From: Synechococcus sp. A15-24
GTDB lineage: Bacteria > Cyanobacteriota > Cyanobacteriia > PCC-6307 > Cyanobiaceae
Direction of reading: 5' to 3'
Length of the DNA stretch: 32,000 nucleotides
Assembly (NCBI RefSeq): GCF_014280195.1
Contig: NZ_CP047960.1
Location: 330,001 to 362,000, forward strand
In this document: positions 8,928 through 17,295 of the stretch, piece after piece
How the letters are laid out: each line of letters opens with the position of its first letter
How positions within the stretch are numbered: position 1 is the first letter of the stretch
Made by a program: the position numbers and the translations under genes
Notes under the pieces: generated by a model
The model's database searches: none
Told to the model about the DNA's origin: nothing
What the model saw: only the letters and a program-made list of their open reading frames with translations

Positions 8928-11836
8928 GTCCGGCGCTCCAGAACGCCGACGCAGCGACCGCAGATGTGGGGATGGTCTGGATGCTGGCCCACGTCTCCCT
9001 CGTAGTGCCAGCAGCGCTCGCATTTGGTTCCCCGCGCTCGGCTCACTTCGATCAACGCGAGGTCGTCCTCGTTGCTGGCGAGCACTTCAGCCCAGGGCTC
9101 TCCACCCAGCTGTAACTGGGACACCAGCAGCCAATCCCGCAGACCATCCACGTCAGGATCACCGTTGTCGTTGAGCCAGGACAGGGCCGATTGCAGCTCG
9201 GGACTGCGAGCGTCGATGCGTACAGCTGCCTCCAGGGAGGCACCAAGCTCCTGCCGACCGCGGCAGTCCTCGAGCACTTTGTTGACTGCGGCCCGTAGAT
9301 CGCGGAGTTGCTGCACGGGTGCAGAGAGCGTGTCGTTCCGCCAGTCGCTCGGAATGGTGGGCCAACCGCGCTGAAACACGGAGGTTTCCTGGACCGGGTA
9401 GGGGAGGTTCTGCCAGATGTCCTCGGCCATGTGGCACAGCACCGGAGCAATGAAACCCGCCAGCCGCTCGATGATCAAAGCCATCACGGTCTGGCAGCTG
9501 CGTCGGCGCTGGTCAGATGGGGCACTCACATACAAGCGGTCTTTGGCGATGTCGAGGTAGAAGTTGGAGAGGTCAGTGACGCAGAAGTTCTGCAGCAGCT
9601 GGAAGAAACGGAAAAACTCGAAGCTCTCGAAGGCTTCTGTGATCTCATCCATCACCTCGGCGGTGCGCTGCAGCATCCAGCGGTCCAGCAGCGGCAGGTC
9701 CGCCACCGCAATGGCATCGGATGTGGGGTTGAAGTCGTGCAGATTGCCGAGGAGGTATCGGCTGGTGTTGCGCACTTTCCGGTAAACGTCCGCGAGCTGA
9801 CGAAGGATTCCAGCGCCGATGGGCACATCGGCGGAGTAGTCCACCGAGCTCACCCAGAGCCTTAGCACATCAGCGCCATAGGGAGGCTCCAGCTTCTGGT
9901 TCTTGCCCCCCTCGATGATCACCATCGGATCAACGACATTGCCGAGGGATTTGCTCATCTTTCGCCCTTTCTCGTCGAGGGCGAAGCCATGGGTGAGCAC
10001 GCGTTTGTAGGGGGCATGGCCGTTGACGGCCACGGAGGTGAGCAGGGAACTCTGGAACCAGCCGCGGTGTTGATCGGATCCTTCGAGATAGAGGTCAGCG
10101 GGGTAGCTGAGCGACTCTCGCTGGCTTGATACGGCAGCCCAGCTGGATCCGGAGTCGAACCACACGTCCATGGTGTCGGTGCCTTTGCGCCATTGATCGG
10201 CCTGGTCGGCGTAGGCGGGTGGCAGCAGATCGGTTTCGTCTTTCTCCCACCACACGTCGCCGCCGTGAGCAGCGATCAGCGTTTCGATATGGCTCAGGGT
10301 GTCGGCATTGAGCAGCACCTCGCCGTTGCTGCGGTGATAAAAAACCGGGATCGGCACTCCCCAGGTGCGTTGGCGGGAGATGCACCAGTCCCCCCGCTCC
10401 TTCACCATTGCTTCGATCCGGTTGCGGCCTGATGCAGGGGTCCACTGCACCTGGTCGATGGCGTCGAGGGCGTCCTGGCGGAAGCCCTCCACCGACGCGA
10501 ACCACTGCTCAGTGGCGCGGAAGATCGTGGGCTTCTTGGTGCGCCAGTCGTAGGGGTAGCGGTGGCTGTAGGCCTCCTGCTTGAGCAGTGCTCCGGCTTG
10601 CTCGAGGGCCTCGATGATCCCTGGATTGGCGTCTTTGAGCACGTTCAGGCCTGCGAAAGGACCTGCCTCTGCTGTGAGGGTGCCGGCTTCATCCACGGGG
10701 CACAGCACGGGCAGGCCGTGCTTCTGGCCTGTATGAAAGTCGTCGACGCCGTGCCCCGGGGCGGTGTGCACAAGGCCCGTGCCGGATTCGGTGGTGATGT
10801 ACTCGCCGCCGATCACCACGGGGCTGGTGCGATCCAGCAGAGGGTGCTGATAAACGAGTCCAGCAAGCAGGGCACCTTTCACCGTGGCGCGGTGCTTGAG
10901 GGGACGCTCCAGGGTCGTGGAAAGCGACTCGATCAGATCGGCAGCCACCACCAGCATCCGGCCGTTGCCATCGTCGACCAGGGCGTAGTCGAGCCGTTCG
11001 TGGACGGAGACCGCCAGGTTGGCCGGCAAGGTCCAGGGGGTGGTGGTCCAGATCGCCACCTGAAGGGCCTGCCCAAGGGCGTCCGTCTCGGTGGGCAGTT
11101 CCAGTCCCTCCGCCTTGAGTGCATCCCGCAAGGGGGTTGGGACTTCAACCGCCGGAAACGCCACATAAACGCTGGGGCTGGTGTGGCCGTCGGGGTATTC
11201 CAGCTCCGCTTCGGCCAGGGCGGTGCGGGAGCTGGGGCTCCAGTGCACGGGTTTCAGTCCCCTGTAAATGTGGCCCTTGAGCACCATCTCGCCGAACACC
11301 TTGATCTGGGCGGCTTCGTACTCCCTCTGGAGAGTGAGATAGGGCTGTTCCCAGTCCGCCCAGATGCCCCAGCGCTGGAAGCCCTTCATCTGGCCGTCCA
11401 CCTGCTTGCGGGCGTAGGCGGCGGCTTTCTTGCGCAGCTTGATCGGTGTCAGCGCCTGGCGCTGCTCCGGGTCTATCGACTGCAGCACCTTGAGTTCGAT
11501 CGGCAGGCCGTGGCAGTCCCAGCCGGGCACGTAGCGCACCCTGCGGCCCTTGAGCACCTGATACTTATTGATCACATCCTTGAGCACCTTGTTGAGGGCA
11601 TGCCCCATGTGCAGGGCCCCGTTGGCATAAGGCGGCCCGTCGTGAAGGGTGAACGTGGGCCCGTCGTTCTGGAGCCCCAGCTGTCCGTCGATGCCGTTGT
11701 CGCTCCAGAAGGCCTGCAGCTCCGGCTCGCGCTTCACCGCATTGGCGCGCATGCCGAAACCGGTCTGCAGCAGGTTGAGCGTGTCCTTGTAGGAGGGACG
11801 TCCCTCAGCGGCGGCGTCGCGCGTCTCCTTGGTCAC
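8912..11836 (-). CDS. ileS: isoleucyl-tRNA synthetase
   Basis: 974 aa with a GTG start (MTKE...SYKDTLNLL). It has the class I HIGH-type motif '[15 protein letters not shown]', 'KMSKSLGN', and a C-terminal zinc knuckle 'CERCWHY...HICGRC'. Confidence 0.97.
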   Translation of the reverse strand: MTKETRDAAAEGRPSYKDTLNLLQTGFGMRANAVKREPELQAFWSDNGIDGQLGLQNDGPTFTLHDGPPYANGALHMGHALNKVLKDVINKYQVLKGRRVRYVPGWDCHGLPIELKVLQSIDPEQRQALTPIKLRKKAAAYARKQVDGQMKGFQRWGIWADWEQPYLTLQREYEAAQIKVFGEMVLKGHIYRGLKPVHWSPSSRTALAEAELEYPDGHTSPSVYVAFPAVEVPTPLRDALKAEGLELPTETDALGQALQVAIWTTTPWTLPANLAVSVHERLDYALVDDGNGRMLVVAADLIESLSTTLERPLKHRATVKGALLAGLVYQHPLLDRTSPVVIGGEYITTESGTGLVHTAPGHGVDDFHTGQKHGLPVLCPVDEAGTLTAEAGPFAGLNVLKDANPGIIEALEQAGALLKQEAYSHRYPYDWRTKKPTIFRATEQWFASVEGFRQDALDAIDQVQWTPASGRNRIEAMVKERGDWCISRQRTWGVPIPVFYHRSNGEVLLNADTLSHIETLIAAHGGDVWWEKDETDLLPPAYADQADQWRKGTDTMDVWFDSGSSWAAVSSQRESLSYPADLYLEGSDQHRGWFQSSLLTSVAVNGHAPYKRVLTHGFALDEKGRKMSKSLGNVVDPMVIIEGGKNQKLEPPYGADVLRLWVSSVDYSADVPIGAGILRQLADVYRKVRNTSRYLLGNLHDFNPTSDAIAVADLPLLDRWMLQRTAEVMDEITEAFESFEFFRFFQLLQNFCVTDLSNFYLDIAKDRLYVSAPSDQRRRSCQTVMALIIERLAGFIAPVLCHMAEDIWQNLPYPVQETSVFQRGWPTIPSDWRNDTLSAPVQQLRDLRAAVNKVLEDCRGRQELGASLEAAVRIDARSPELQSALSWLNDNGDPDVDGLRDWLLVSQLQLGGEPWAEVLASNEDDLALIEVSRARGTKCERCWHYEGDVGQHPDHPHICGRCVGVLERRTHQLA

Positions 11837-11863
11837 TGGGTCCCTGCTCTGGCCTGGGGATTA

Positions 11864-12361
11864 TCAGTCTTCACCCTCGCTGATGGTGGGTTCAGGGCTG
11901 GGCTCGGGTGTGGGAGACGGTTCCGCCTGCGTTGTGTCCACTGATTCAGGGCGCACCCACTTCTTGCCGGACACGCCTGATTTCCCTGCTGGCTTCAGTT
12001 GTTTGGCGATCCCGCCGAGGCCTTCCGACAAACCTCCGGCGGCCGTGCCGAGCTGGCGTAGACCAGTCAGCCAGTGATCGACGGAACGCAACCGGGCCTG
12101 TTCGTCTTCCCCGAGAGCCCGCCAGCGCGCCTGCCCCACTTCCGCACTGAGTCGACTGACCAGAAGGCCGCCACAGAGCACCGCCAACATCGGCGCTCCT
12201 CGCAATCGGTCGCTGCTGGTCACCAGCACCAGGCCCAGCAGCAGAACAATGGCCCCCAACACGCCGTCTCGCGGTCGGCTCAGTTCCACCGCCAGCAGCG
12301 GCAGCAACAGCAGAGCGAGACCGAACAGCAGGCAGACGTCGCCGCTCAGGGTCGCAAGCAT
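11864..12361 (-). CDS. small membrane protein, possibly Ycf66-like, with a Pro/Ser/Thr/Glu low-complexity tail
   Basis: I place the start at ATG 12361 (MLATLSGDV...), giving 165 aa. The track's 236-aa version runs through tRNA-Leu on the opposite strand. The protein has three hydrophobic helices and 'LSRPRDG', which resembles the Ycf66 N-terminal region as I recall it. The C-terminus is 'EPSPTPEPSPEPT'. The family call is tentative. Confidence 0.5.
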   Translation of the reverse strand: MLATLSGDVCLLFGLALLLLPLLAVELSRPRDGVLGAIVLLLGLVLVTSSDRLRGAPMLAVLCGGLLVSRLSAEVGQARWRALGEDEQARLRSVDHWLTGLRQLGTAAGGLSEGLGGIAKQLKPAGKSGVSGKKWVRPESVDTTQAEPSPTPEPSPEPTISEGED

Positions 12362-12416
12362 CGGTAGTGCTGAATCATCTGCTTCATTGTGGATCGCTCC
12401 GTAAGCTCGGGGTTCA

Positions 12417-12498
12417 GCCCACCTGGCGGAATTGGTAGACGCGCTGGTTTTAGGTACCAGTGGCCTTGGTCGTGGGGGTTCAAGTCCCCCGGTGGGCA
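12417..12498 (+). tRNA. tRNA-Leu (anticodon UAG), type II with long variable arm
   Basis: Hand fold: acceptor GCCCACC/GGTGGGC, anticodon stem CTGGT/ACCAG, loop TTTAGGT (anticodon TAG), a 13-nt variable arm, and T arm GGGGG-TTCAAGT-CCCCC. The discriminator is A and CCA is not encoded. Confidence 0.9.
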
Positions 12499-12550
12499 TT
12501 CCTTTCTCTACCTTGGTTGCGGACTTTTTCAGCTTCGCCCTGATCTCCGG

Positions 12551-13582
12551 ATGACGCAGAGCTCTGCTCTCCACCAGCAGCCTCGTCCGGTCAGCACGGG
12601 GTATCGATCGGTTCCACGCGAGTTCGTGGATCCGCCAGCGGCGTGGAACCCGACCGTGGCCCTGTTCCTTGGTGGTTATGGGCTGGCTGCCTTCACGATC
12701 TGGGGTTGGTTTCTAGGCGGTTTGCCGCTGCAGGTTCTGTTGTGCACAGGCTTCCTGGCCCTGCACCTGGAAGGAACCGTGATTCACGACGCCTGCCACA
12801 ACGCAGCGCACCCCAACCGTTGGCTGAATCAGGCCATGGGGCACGGCTCGGCTCTGTTGCTGGGCTTCAGCTTTCCAGTGTTCACCCGTGTGCACTTGGA
12901 ACATCACGCTCATGTGAATGATCCCAAGAACGATCCTGATCACATCGTCAGCACCTTTGGCCCGCTGTGGTTGATCGCACCGCGTTTTTTTTATCACGAG
13001 TGGTTTTTCTTCCAGCGGCGGCTATGGAGGCGCTGGGAACTGATGCAGTGGGGATTGGAACGCAGTGTTTTTGTTGTGATTGTGTTGGCGGCAGCGCGAT
13101 TTGAATTTCTGCCGTTCATTTTCAATTGCTGGTTCGCTCCAGCCCTGATGGTGGGTGTCACTCTGGGGCTCTTCTTCGATTATTTGCCCCACCGGCCCTT
13201 CACATCGCGAAATCGCTGGACCAATGCCCGGATCTACCCGGGACGTCTGATGAATTGGCTGATCATGGGGCAGAACTACCACTTGGTTCATCACCTCTGG
13301 CCATCGATTCCCTGGTTCGAATACAAGCCCGCTTACGAAGCAACCAAGCCCCTGCTCGATTCCAAGGGTTCTCCGCAGCGATTGGGGATTTTTGAGACCC
13401 GCCGCGACGGGTACAACTTCCTTTACGACATTCTTGTCGGCGTGCGCAGTCACAAGCGCCGTCGCGGAAAAATGCGGGGTGCAGCACGTTTGATGCCGAT
13501 TCGATCTCTCCAACGTCACTGGTTGGTATTTGTCGATCGCATTGCGATCAAAACCGAACCCCGGCGCCCCCTCAAGCGCTAA
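12551..13582 (+). CDS. crtR: beta-carotene hydroxylase, CrtR type (membrane di-iron desaturase superfamily)
   Basis: Three His boxes are present: 'HDACHNAAH', 'HLEHHAH' and 'HLVHH'. Hydrophobic helices lie between them. I place the start at ATG 12551 (MTQSS...), because the track start at 12389 overlaps tRNA-Leu. Confidence 0.8.
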   Translation: MTQSSALHQQPRPVSTGYRSVPREFVDPPAAWNPTVALFLGGYGLAAFTIWGWFLGGLPLQVLLCTGFLALHLEGTVIHDACHNAAHPNRWLNQAMGHGSALLLGFSFPVFTRVHLEHHAHVNDPKNDPDHIVSTFGPLWLIAPRFFYHEWFFFQRRLWRRWELMQWGLERSVFVVIVLAAARFEFLPFIFNCWFAPALMVGVTLGLFFDYLPHRPFTSRNRWTNARIYPGRLMNWLIMGQNYHLVHHLWPSIPWFEYKPAYEATKPLLDSKGSPQRLGIFETRRDGYNFLYDILVGVRSHKRRRGKMRGAARLMPIRSLQRHWLVFVDRIAIKTEPRRPLKR

Positions 13583-13876
13583 TCAATCCGCCAGGATTTT
13601 CGGGACTCGGAAGAAATCTCCCTCCCGCTGGGGAGCTTGATTCAGGATTTCATCGCGGACAGGAGTTGGGGTAACGCCATCTTCACGTGTCACGTTGGTG
13701 ACCTCAACGGCGCGGGTGGTTTCAGGGACGCCTTCGGTATCGATGCCTTCCAGCTGACCGACGTACTCAAGGATCGACTCCAGCTGACCGGTGTAGGTGG
13801 CGATCTTCTCCTCAGGCAGATCAAGGCGGGCCAGCTGGGCCACCTTGCGCACGTCGTCAGCGGAGATCCGGCTCAT
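13583..13876 (-). CDS. gatC: Asp-tRNA(Asn)/Glu-tRNA(Gln) amidotransferase subunit C
   Basis: 97 aa. It starts '[21 protein letters not shown]' and contains '[11 protein letters not shown]', a typical GatC length and sequence. Its ATG overlaps the upstream stop (ATGA at 13873-13876). Confidence 0.9.
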   Translation of the reverse strand: MSRISADDVRKVAQLARLDLPEEKIATYTGQLESILEYVGQLEGIDTEGVPETTRAVEVTNVTREDGVTPTPVRDEILNQAPQREGDFFRVPKILAD

Positions 13877-14661
13877 GTCTCGCTCAGGAAACTGCGGAGA
13901 TCTTCGCTCAGCGCGGTCGCTGCTGTCTCGAGCAGAGCGGCACCATGCTCAGCGGTGGCCAACGATGGATGTGATCCCATCCGACCGTCCGGGTGCCGCC
14001 GTCTGAAGTCCTCGGGGCTGTGAATCGGTCCAGCTGGCGCCGGATCCGGCAGGGGGCGCTGCTTGGTTTGAAGACTCGGCTCCACCTGCAGGGTCACAGC
14101 AATCTCACTCGGGGTGGCGTGGTGGCCTTCCTTGTTGCCGTAAAGGTCGCGAGCCTGCCGCATCACCGGCCCGGCCATGAACCAGTTGGCAAGTCGGCAA
14201 CGGAGCTGCGGTGCCGCGGGCAGGTCCCGGCTCGCAGCCGTGCCATGGGCCTGAGCGAAGGCGGCCTTGGTGGTGGCGATGTTGCCGCCATGGCCATTGA
14301 TCACAAACACCCGTTCAAAGCCGTGGCGCGCCAACGACAGCACCAGGTCGTGCATAACCGCCAGCAGGGTGGCCGGTTGCAGGCTCATGGTGCCAGCAAA
14401 GCCGAGATGGTGTTCAGCCATGCCGAAGGCCTGAGCTGGAGTCACCAGCACCCCAGTGCGACGACCCACCTCGAGCGCCACGGCTTCTGCGGTGAGAGCA
14501 TCAGTCCCTATGGCACCGGTGGGGCCGTGCTGTTCCGTGGATCCCAGGGGAACGATCACCCCCTTGCAGGTCTTGAGGTAATCGTCGACCTCGGGCCAGC
14601 TGCGCAGGGACAGACGGATCGCTTCGGTGCTGTCAACAGGACCAGGGAGGCTTGCAGTCAT
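13873..14661 (-). CDS. creatininase-family amidohydrolase
   Basis: Motifs '[18 protein letters not shown]' and 'FVINGHGGN' are present. I place the start at ATG 14661 (MTASLPG...), giving 262 aa. The track's upstream extension is Arg-rich and overlaps a small ORF. Confidence 0.8.
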   Translation of the reverse strand: MTASLPGPVDSTEAIRLSLRSWPEVDDYLKTCKGVIVPLGSTEQHGPTGAIGTDALTAEAVALEVGRRTGVLVTPAQAFGMAEHHLGFAGTMSLQPATLLAVMHDLVLSLARHGFERVFVINGHGGNIATTKAAFAQAHGTAASRDLPAAPQLRCRLANWFMAGPVMRQARDLYGNKEGHHATPSEIAVTLQVEPSLQTKQRPLPDPAPAGPIHSPEDFRRRHPDGRMGSHPSLATAEHGAALLETAATALSEDLRSFLSET

Positions 14662-14663
14662 GC

Positions 14664-14807
14664 TCAGTGGGCGGTGCCGTTGCCGTCGTACTTGTCGGTG
14701 TTGTAGTACCCGCCGCGGGTCCCGAAGAACAGGCAGGCCAGAGGGAACAAAACGATGCTGCCTAGCAGCACCGTGCCGAGATTGAAACCTGAGAGGGCGG
14801 CGTTCAT
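14664..14807 (-). CDS. 47-aa single-pass membrane peptide (below ORF-track cutoff)
   Basis: Hand translation of the minus strand gives MNAALSGFNLGTVLLGSIVLFPLACLFFGTRGGYYNTDKYDGNGTAH followed by a stop. The ATG is at 14807. The TGA at 14664-14666 ends 2 nt before the creatininase-family ATG. There is one clear TM helix and G/C-rich third positions. No family recognised. Confidence 0.4.
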   Translation of the reverse strand: MNAALSGFNLGTVLLGSIVLFPLACLFFGTRGGYYNTDKYDGNGTAH

Positions 14808-14860
14808 GACTCATCCACGAATGCGTCCAGCTTGGCGAGACCTCTTTGCTGTTGCAGCGT

Positions 14861-15580
14861 TCAGCCTTGATCTGTCGCGTCCTCGCTGTCTTGCAACGGC
14901 AGGTCAAGCCAGCGACGCAGCCAGCCTGTAAGCCAGATGAACGGCAAGGTGTCGGTAAGGGCCGCCAGCACCTTGAACAGATAACCGCTGCCGATGAAGG
15001 CGACCAGTTGTGGCATCACAGCCTTGTCCGCCTGGATTGGCAGCACGTGGGCGCCGTAGTGACTGATCAGCACCACAGCGGTGGTGTCCACCAACTGGCT
15101 GATCAGGGTGGAGCCGTTGTTGCGCAGCCACAGGGCATTGCCGTTGGTGAGGCGTTTCCAGAAATGGAACAGCCGCACATCCACAAACTGCGCCGTCAGA
15201 TAAGCCACCATCGAGGCCCCCACTGACCCAAAACTGAGCTGTTGGATGGTGCGGAAGGTGCTCTCGTCGCTGCCAGCCAGGGCCGGGAAGAGCCCCCCCA
15301 GCCAGAGGATCAGCAACACCCAGCCGTTGAGTAGAAGCCCTACCCACACCACTTGGTTGGCTTTTTGTTCCCCCCAGAGTTCGCTGATCAGATCGGTGCA
15401 CAGAAACGTGATCGGATAAGGAAGAGCACCAACGGCCACGACAATCGGCCAACTACCGATGCTGCCCAGCTCCAGAAAGCGCGTGAGCCCAAGGATGTTG
15501 AGCATCCCCAGCGTTCCCAAGAACAGGCCGGCCAGAACGAGGAACACGCCATCTCGCCGGGCTTGGACTGGGCTTGTCAC
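14861..15580 (-). CDS. yhhQ: queuosine-precursor transporter, YhhQ/DUF165 (VUT) family
   Basis: 239 aa with a GTG start and about 6 TM helices. '[17 protein letters not shown]' and the later '[12 protein letters not shown]' are like the YhhQ family as I recall it. Confidence 0.75.
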   Translation of the reverse strand: MTSPVQARRDGVFLVLAGLFLGTLGMLNILGLTRFLELGSIGSWPIVVAVGALPYPITFLCTDLISELWGEQKANQVVWVGLLLNGWVLLILWLGGLFPALAGSDESTFRTIQQLSFGSVGASMVAYLTAQFVDVRLFHFWKRLTNGNALWLRNNGSTLISQLVDTTAVVLISHYGAHVLPIQADKAVMPQLVAFIGSGYLFKVLAALTDTLPFIWLTGWLRRWLDLPLQDSEDATDQG

Positions 15581-15628
15581 AGCCTGAGTGCTCTGGATGT
15601 CTCAAGGCTGATCGAGTCGTGTCAGCCT
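15581..15628 (-). promoter_or_regulatory. two mutually exclusive hairpins in the putative yhhQ leader, also the 57-nt divergent spacer to mpg
   Basis: Hairpin A pairs 15581-15588 (AGCCTGAG) with 15601-15609 (CTCAAGGCT), giving 8 bp with one bulged A. Hairpin B pairs 15605-15611 (AGGCTGA) with 15622-15628 (TCAGCCT), giving 7 bp. Both use 15605-15609, so they cannot form together. On the minus-strand RNA, the 3' arm of hairpin A ends directly at the GTG start codon. Confidence 0.3.
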
Positions 15629-15637
15629 GTCATCAGG

Positions 15638-16246
15638 ATGGAACCAATACCGGCAACTTTTTTTGCTCGACCAGCGGAGGTCGTGGGTCCTGAACTGATT
15701 GGTTGCCGGTTGGTGAAACGCCAAGACGATGGCAGCCTGCTCTGGGGCGTGATCGTGGAGACGGAGGCGTATTCCCAGGACGAACCCGCCTGCCACGGCT
15801 ACCGGCGCAGGACGCCCCAGAACGAAACCCTGTTTGGTACGCCAGGTCGCTTTTATGTGTACGTCAGCTATGGCATCCACCACTGCGTGAATGTGGTCAC
15901 CGATCGCTCCAACTGGGCGAATGGGGTGCTGTTAAGGGCTGCAGCACTTCCGGGTGAGCCGGAGCGGGTTGCGGCAGGCCCTGGCTTGCTGGCTCGGCGC
16001 ATTGGGCTCACCCGCAGCGATGACAGTCGGCCGGTGACGGGCGAACATGACGTGTGGCTGGTGCCACGCCCGGCCTCATTCGACAGCCCGGAGCTTGTGA
16101 CGACCACGCGCATCGGTATCTCTCAGGGGCAGGATCTCCCACTGCGCTGGTATCTCCGTCTGAGCCGCAGCGTGAGTCGCCGAGCCAAGGGTGATCGCAC
16201 TCCGAGCCAGTCGCAGGCCTGGTTCCCATCGAAGGTGATGGGCTGA
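15638..16246 (+). CDS. mpg: DNA-3-methyladenine glycosylase (AAG/Mpg family)
   Basis: Motifs '[18 protein letters not shown]', 'IVETEAY..DEPACH' and '[18 protein letters not shown]' are present. I place the start at ATG 15638 (MEPIPATFF...), because the track start at 15353 lies inside yhhQ. The stop overlaps the pyrB ATG (TGATG at 16244-16248). Confidence 0.85.
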   Translation: MEPIPATFFARPAEVVGPELIGCRLVKRQDDGSLLWGVIVETEAYSQDEPACHGYRRRTPQNETLFGTPGRFYVYVSYGIHHCVNVVTDRSNWANGVLLRAAALPGEPERVAAGPGLLARRIGLTRSDDSRPVTGEHDVWLVPRPASFDSPELVTTTRIGISQGQDLPLRWYLRLSRSVSRRAKGDRTPSQSQAWFPSKVMG

Positions 16247-17295
16247 TGAGCGGTTGGCACCATCGCCACATTCTCGATCTGGCGGCTTTCTCCAGGGAGG
16301 ATTACGCCGCCGTGCTGGAGCTGGCGGAGCGGTTTCGATCCCTGCCCGTCACCGGTGCCCGCAAACTTCCTGCCTTGCAGGGCCGTTTGGTGGCGACCCT
16401 GTTCTTTGAGCCCAGCACCCGCACCCGCAGCAGTTTTGAGCTGGCCGCCAAGCGCCTCTCAGCGGATGTGCAGAGCTTTTCGCCCTCCAGTAGCTCTCTG
16501 AGCAAGGGGGAAAGCGTGCTGGATACCGCCCGCACCTATGTGGCCATGGGCGCGGATGTGTTGGTGGTCCGCCATCGGTCCACCGGGGTGCCCCAGCAAT
16601 TGGCCGAGGATCTGGAGTCGGCTGGGGAGCGCACGGTGGTGCTCAACGGCGGTGATGGATTGCACAGCCATCCCAGCCAGGGATTGCTGGATCTGCACAC
16701 CCTGGCCCGTCACTTTGCACCGCAGCACCCAATGCCGGAAGCGTTGCAGGGGCGACGGATCGTGATTGTCGGCGACATCCTGCACTCCCGGGTGGCCCGC
16801 TCCAATCTCTGGGCTCTCACCGCCTGCGGCGCTGATGTTGTGCTCTGCGGCCCGCCGAGTTTGGTGCCTGATGCTTTCCGTGAGTTCGTGGAGGCTCCGC
16901 CGCCGGGCCAGTCTGCGGATCCGGTTCCACAGCGGGGATCGGTGCGGGTGGAGCGACGTCTGGAGCGTGCCTTGCCCGGCGCGGATGCGGTGATGACGCT
17001 GCGTCTGCAGAAGGAACGGATGACGCAGCAGCTGCTGACGGGGTTGGAGCGATACCACCGCGATTTCGGGCTGAGCCATGAGCGGCTCAGCCTGTGCGGG
17101 CAGCCTGTGCCGGTGCTTCACCCCGGTCCGGTCAACCGTGGCGTCGAGATGACCGGAGCGCTGCTGGATGATCCGTCGATCTGTCTGGTGGAGGAGCAGG
17201 TGCGGAACGGAGTCCCGATCCGCATGGCTTTGCTTTATTTGATGGCTGCCGCTGAATCGGCTGCGGAATCGAAACTGGTGTCCATCAGCTCCTGA
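16246..17295 (+). CDS. pyrB: aspartate carbamoyltransferase catalytic subunit
   Basis: 349 aa with '[13 protein letters not shown]', 'HPSQGLLD' and '[11 protein letters not shown]'. Confidence 0.95.
   Translation: MSGWHHRHILDLAAFSREDYAAVLELAERFRSLPVTGARKLPALQGRLVATLFFEPSTRTRSSFELAAKRLSADVQSFSPSSSSLSKGESVLDTARTYVAMGADVLVVRHRSTGVPQQLAEDLESAGERTVVLNGGDGLHSHPSQGLLDLHTLARHFAPQHPMPEALQGRRIVIVGDILHSRVARSNLWALTACGADVVLCGPPSLVPDAFREFVEAPPPGQSADPVPQRGSVRVERRLERALPGADAVMTLRLQKERMTQQLLTGLERYHRDFGLSHERLSLCGQPVPVLHPGPVNRGVEMTGALLDDPSICLVEEQVRNGVPIRMALLYLMAAAESAAESKLVSISS

Noticed and set aside
10562-11944. 460-aa plus-strand ORF
   Set aside because: It lies entirely antisense to ileS, whose class I synthetase motifs are unambiguous. 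Its composition (Gly/Ala/Val/His/Leu/Arg-rich, no motifs) is typical of stop-free antisense frames in high-GC DNA.
12362-12574. 5' extensions of the track ORFs 11864..12574 (-) and 12389..13582 (+)
   Set aside because: Both extensions read straight through tRNA-Leu (12417-12498). Internal ATGs at 12361 and 12551 give sensible proteins that do not overlap the tRNA.
13993-14706. 237-aa plus-strand ORF
   Set aside because: It is antisense to the creatininase-family gene and has no recognisable motifs.
15581-15637. Canonical preQ1-I riboswitch upstream of yhhQ
   Set aside because: I looked for the short hairpin plus A-rich tail and pseudoknot of preQ1-I and found nothing resembling it. Only the generic alternative hairpins were found, and these are reported separately as a low-confidence finding.
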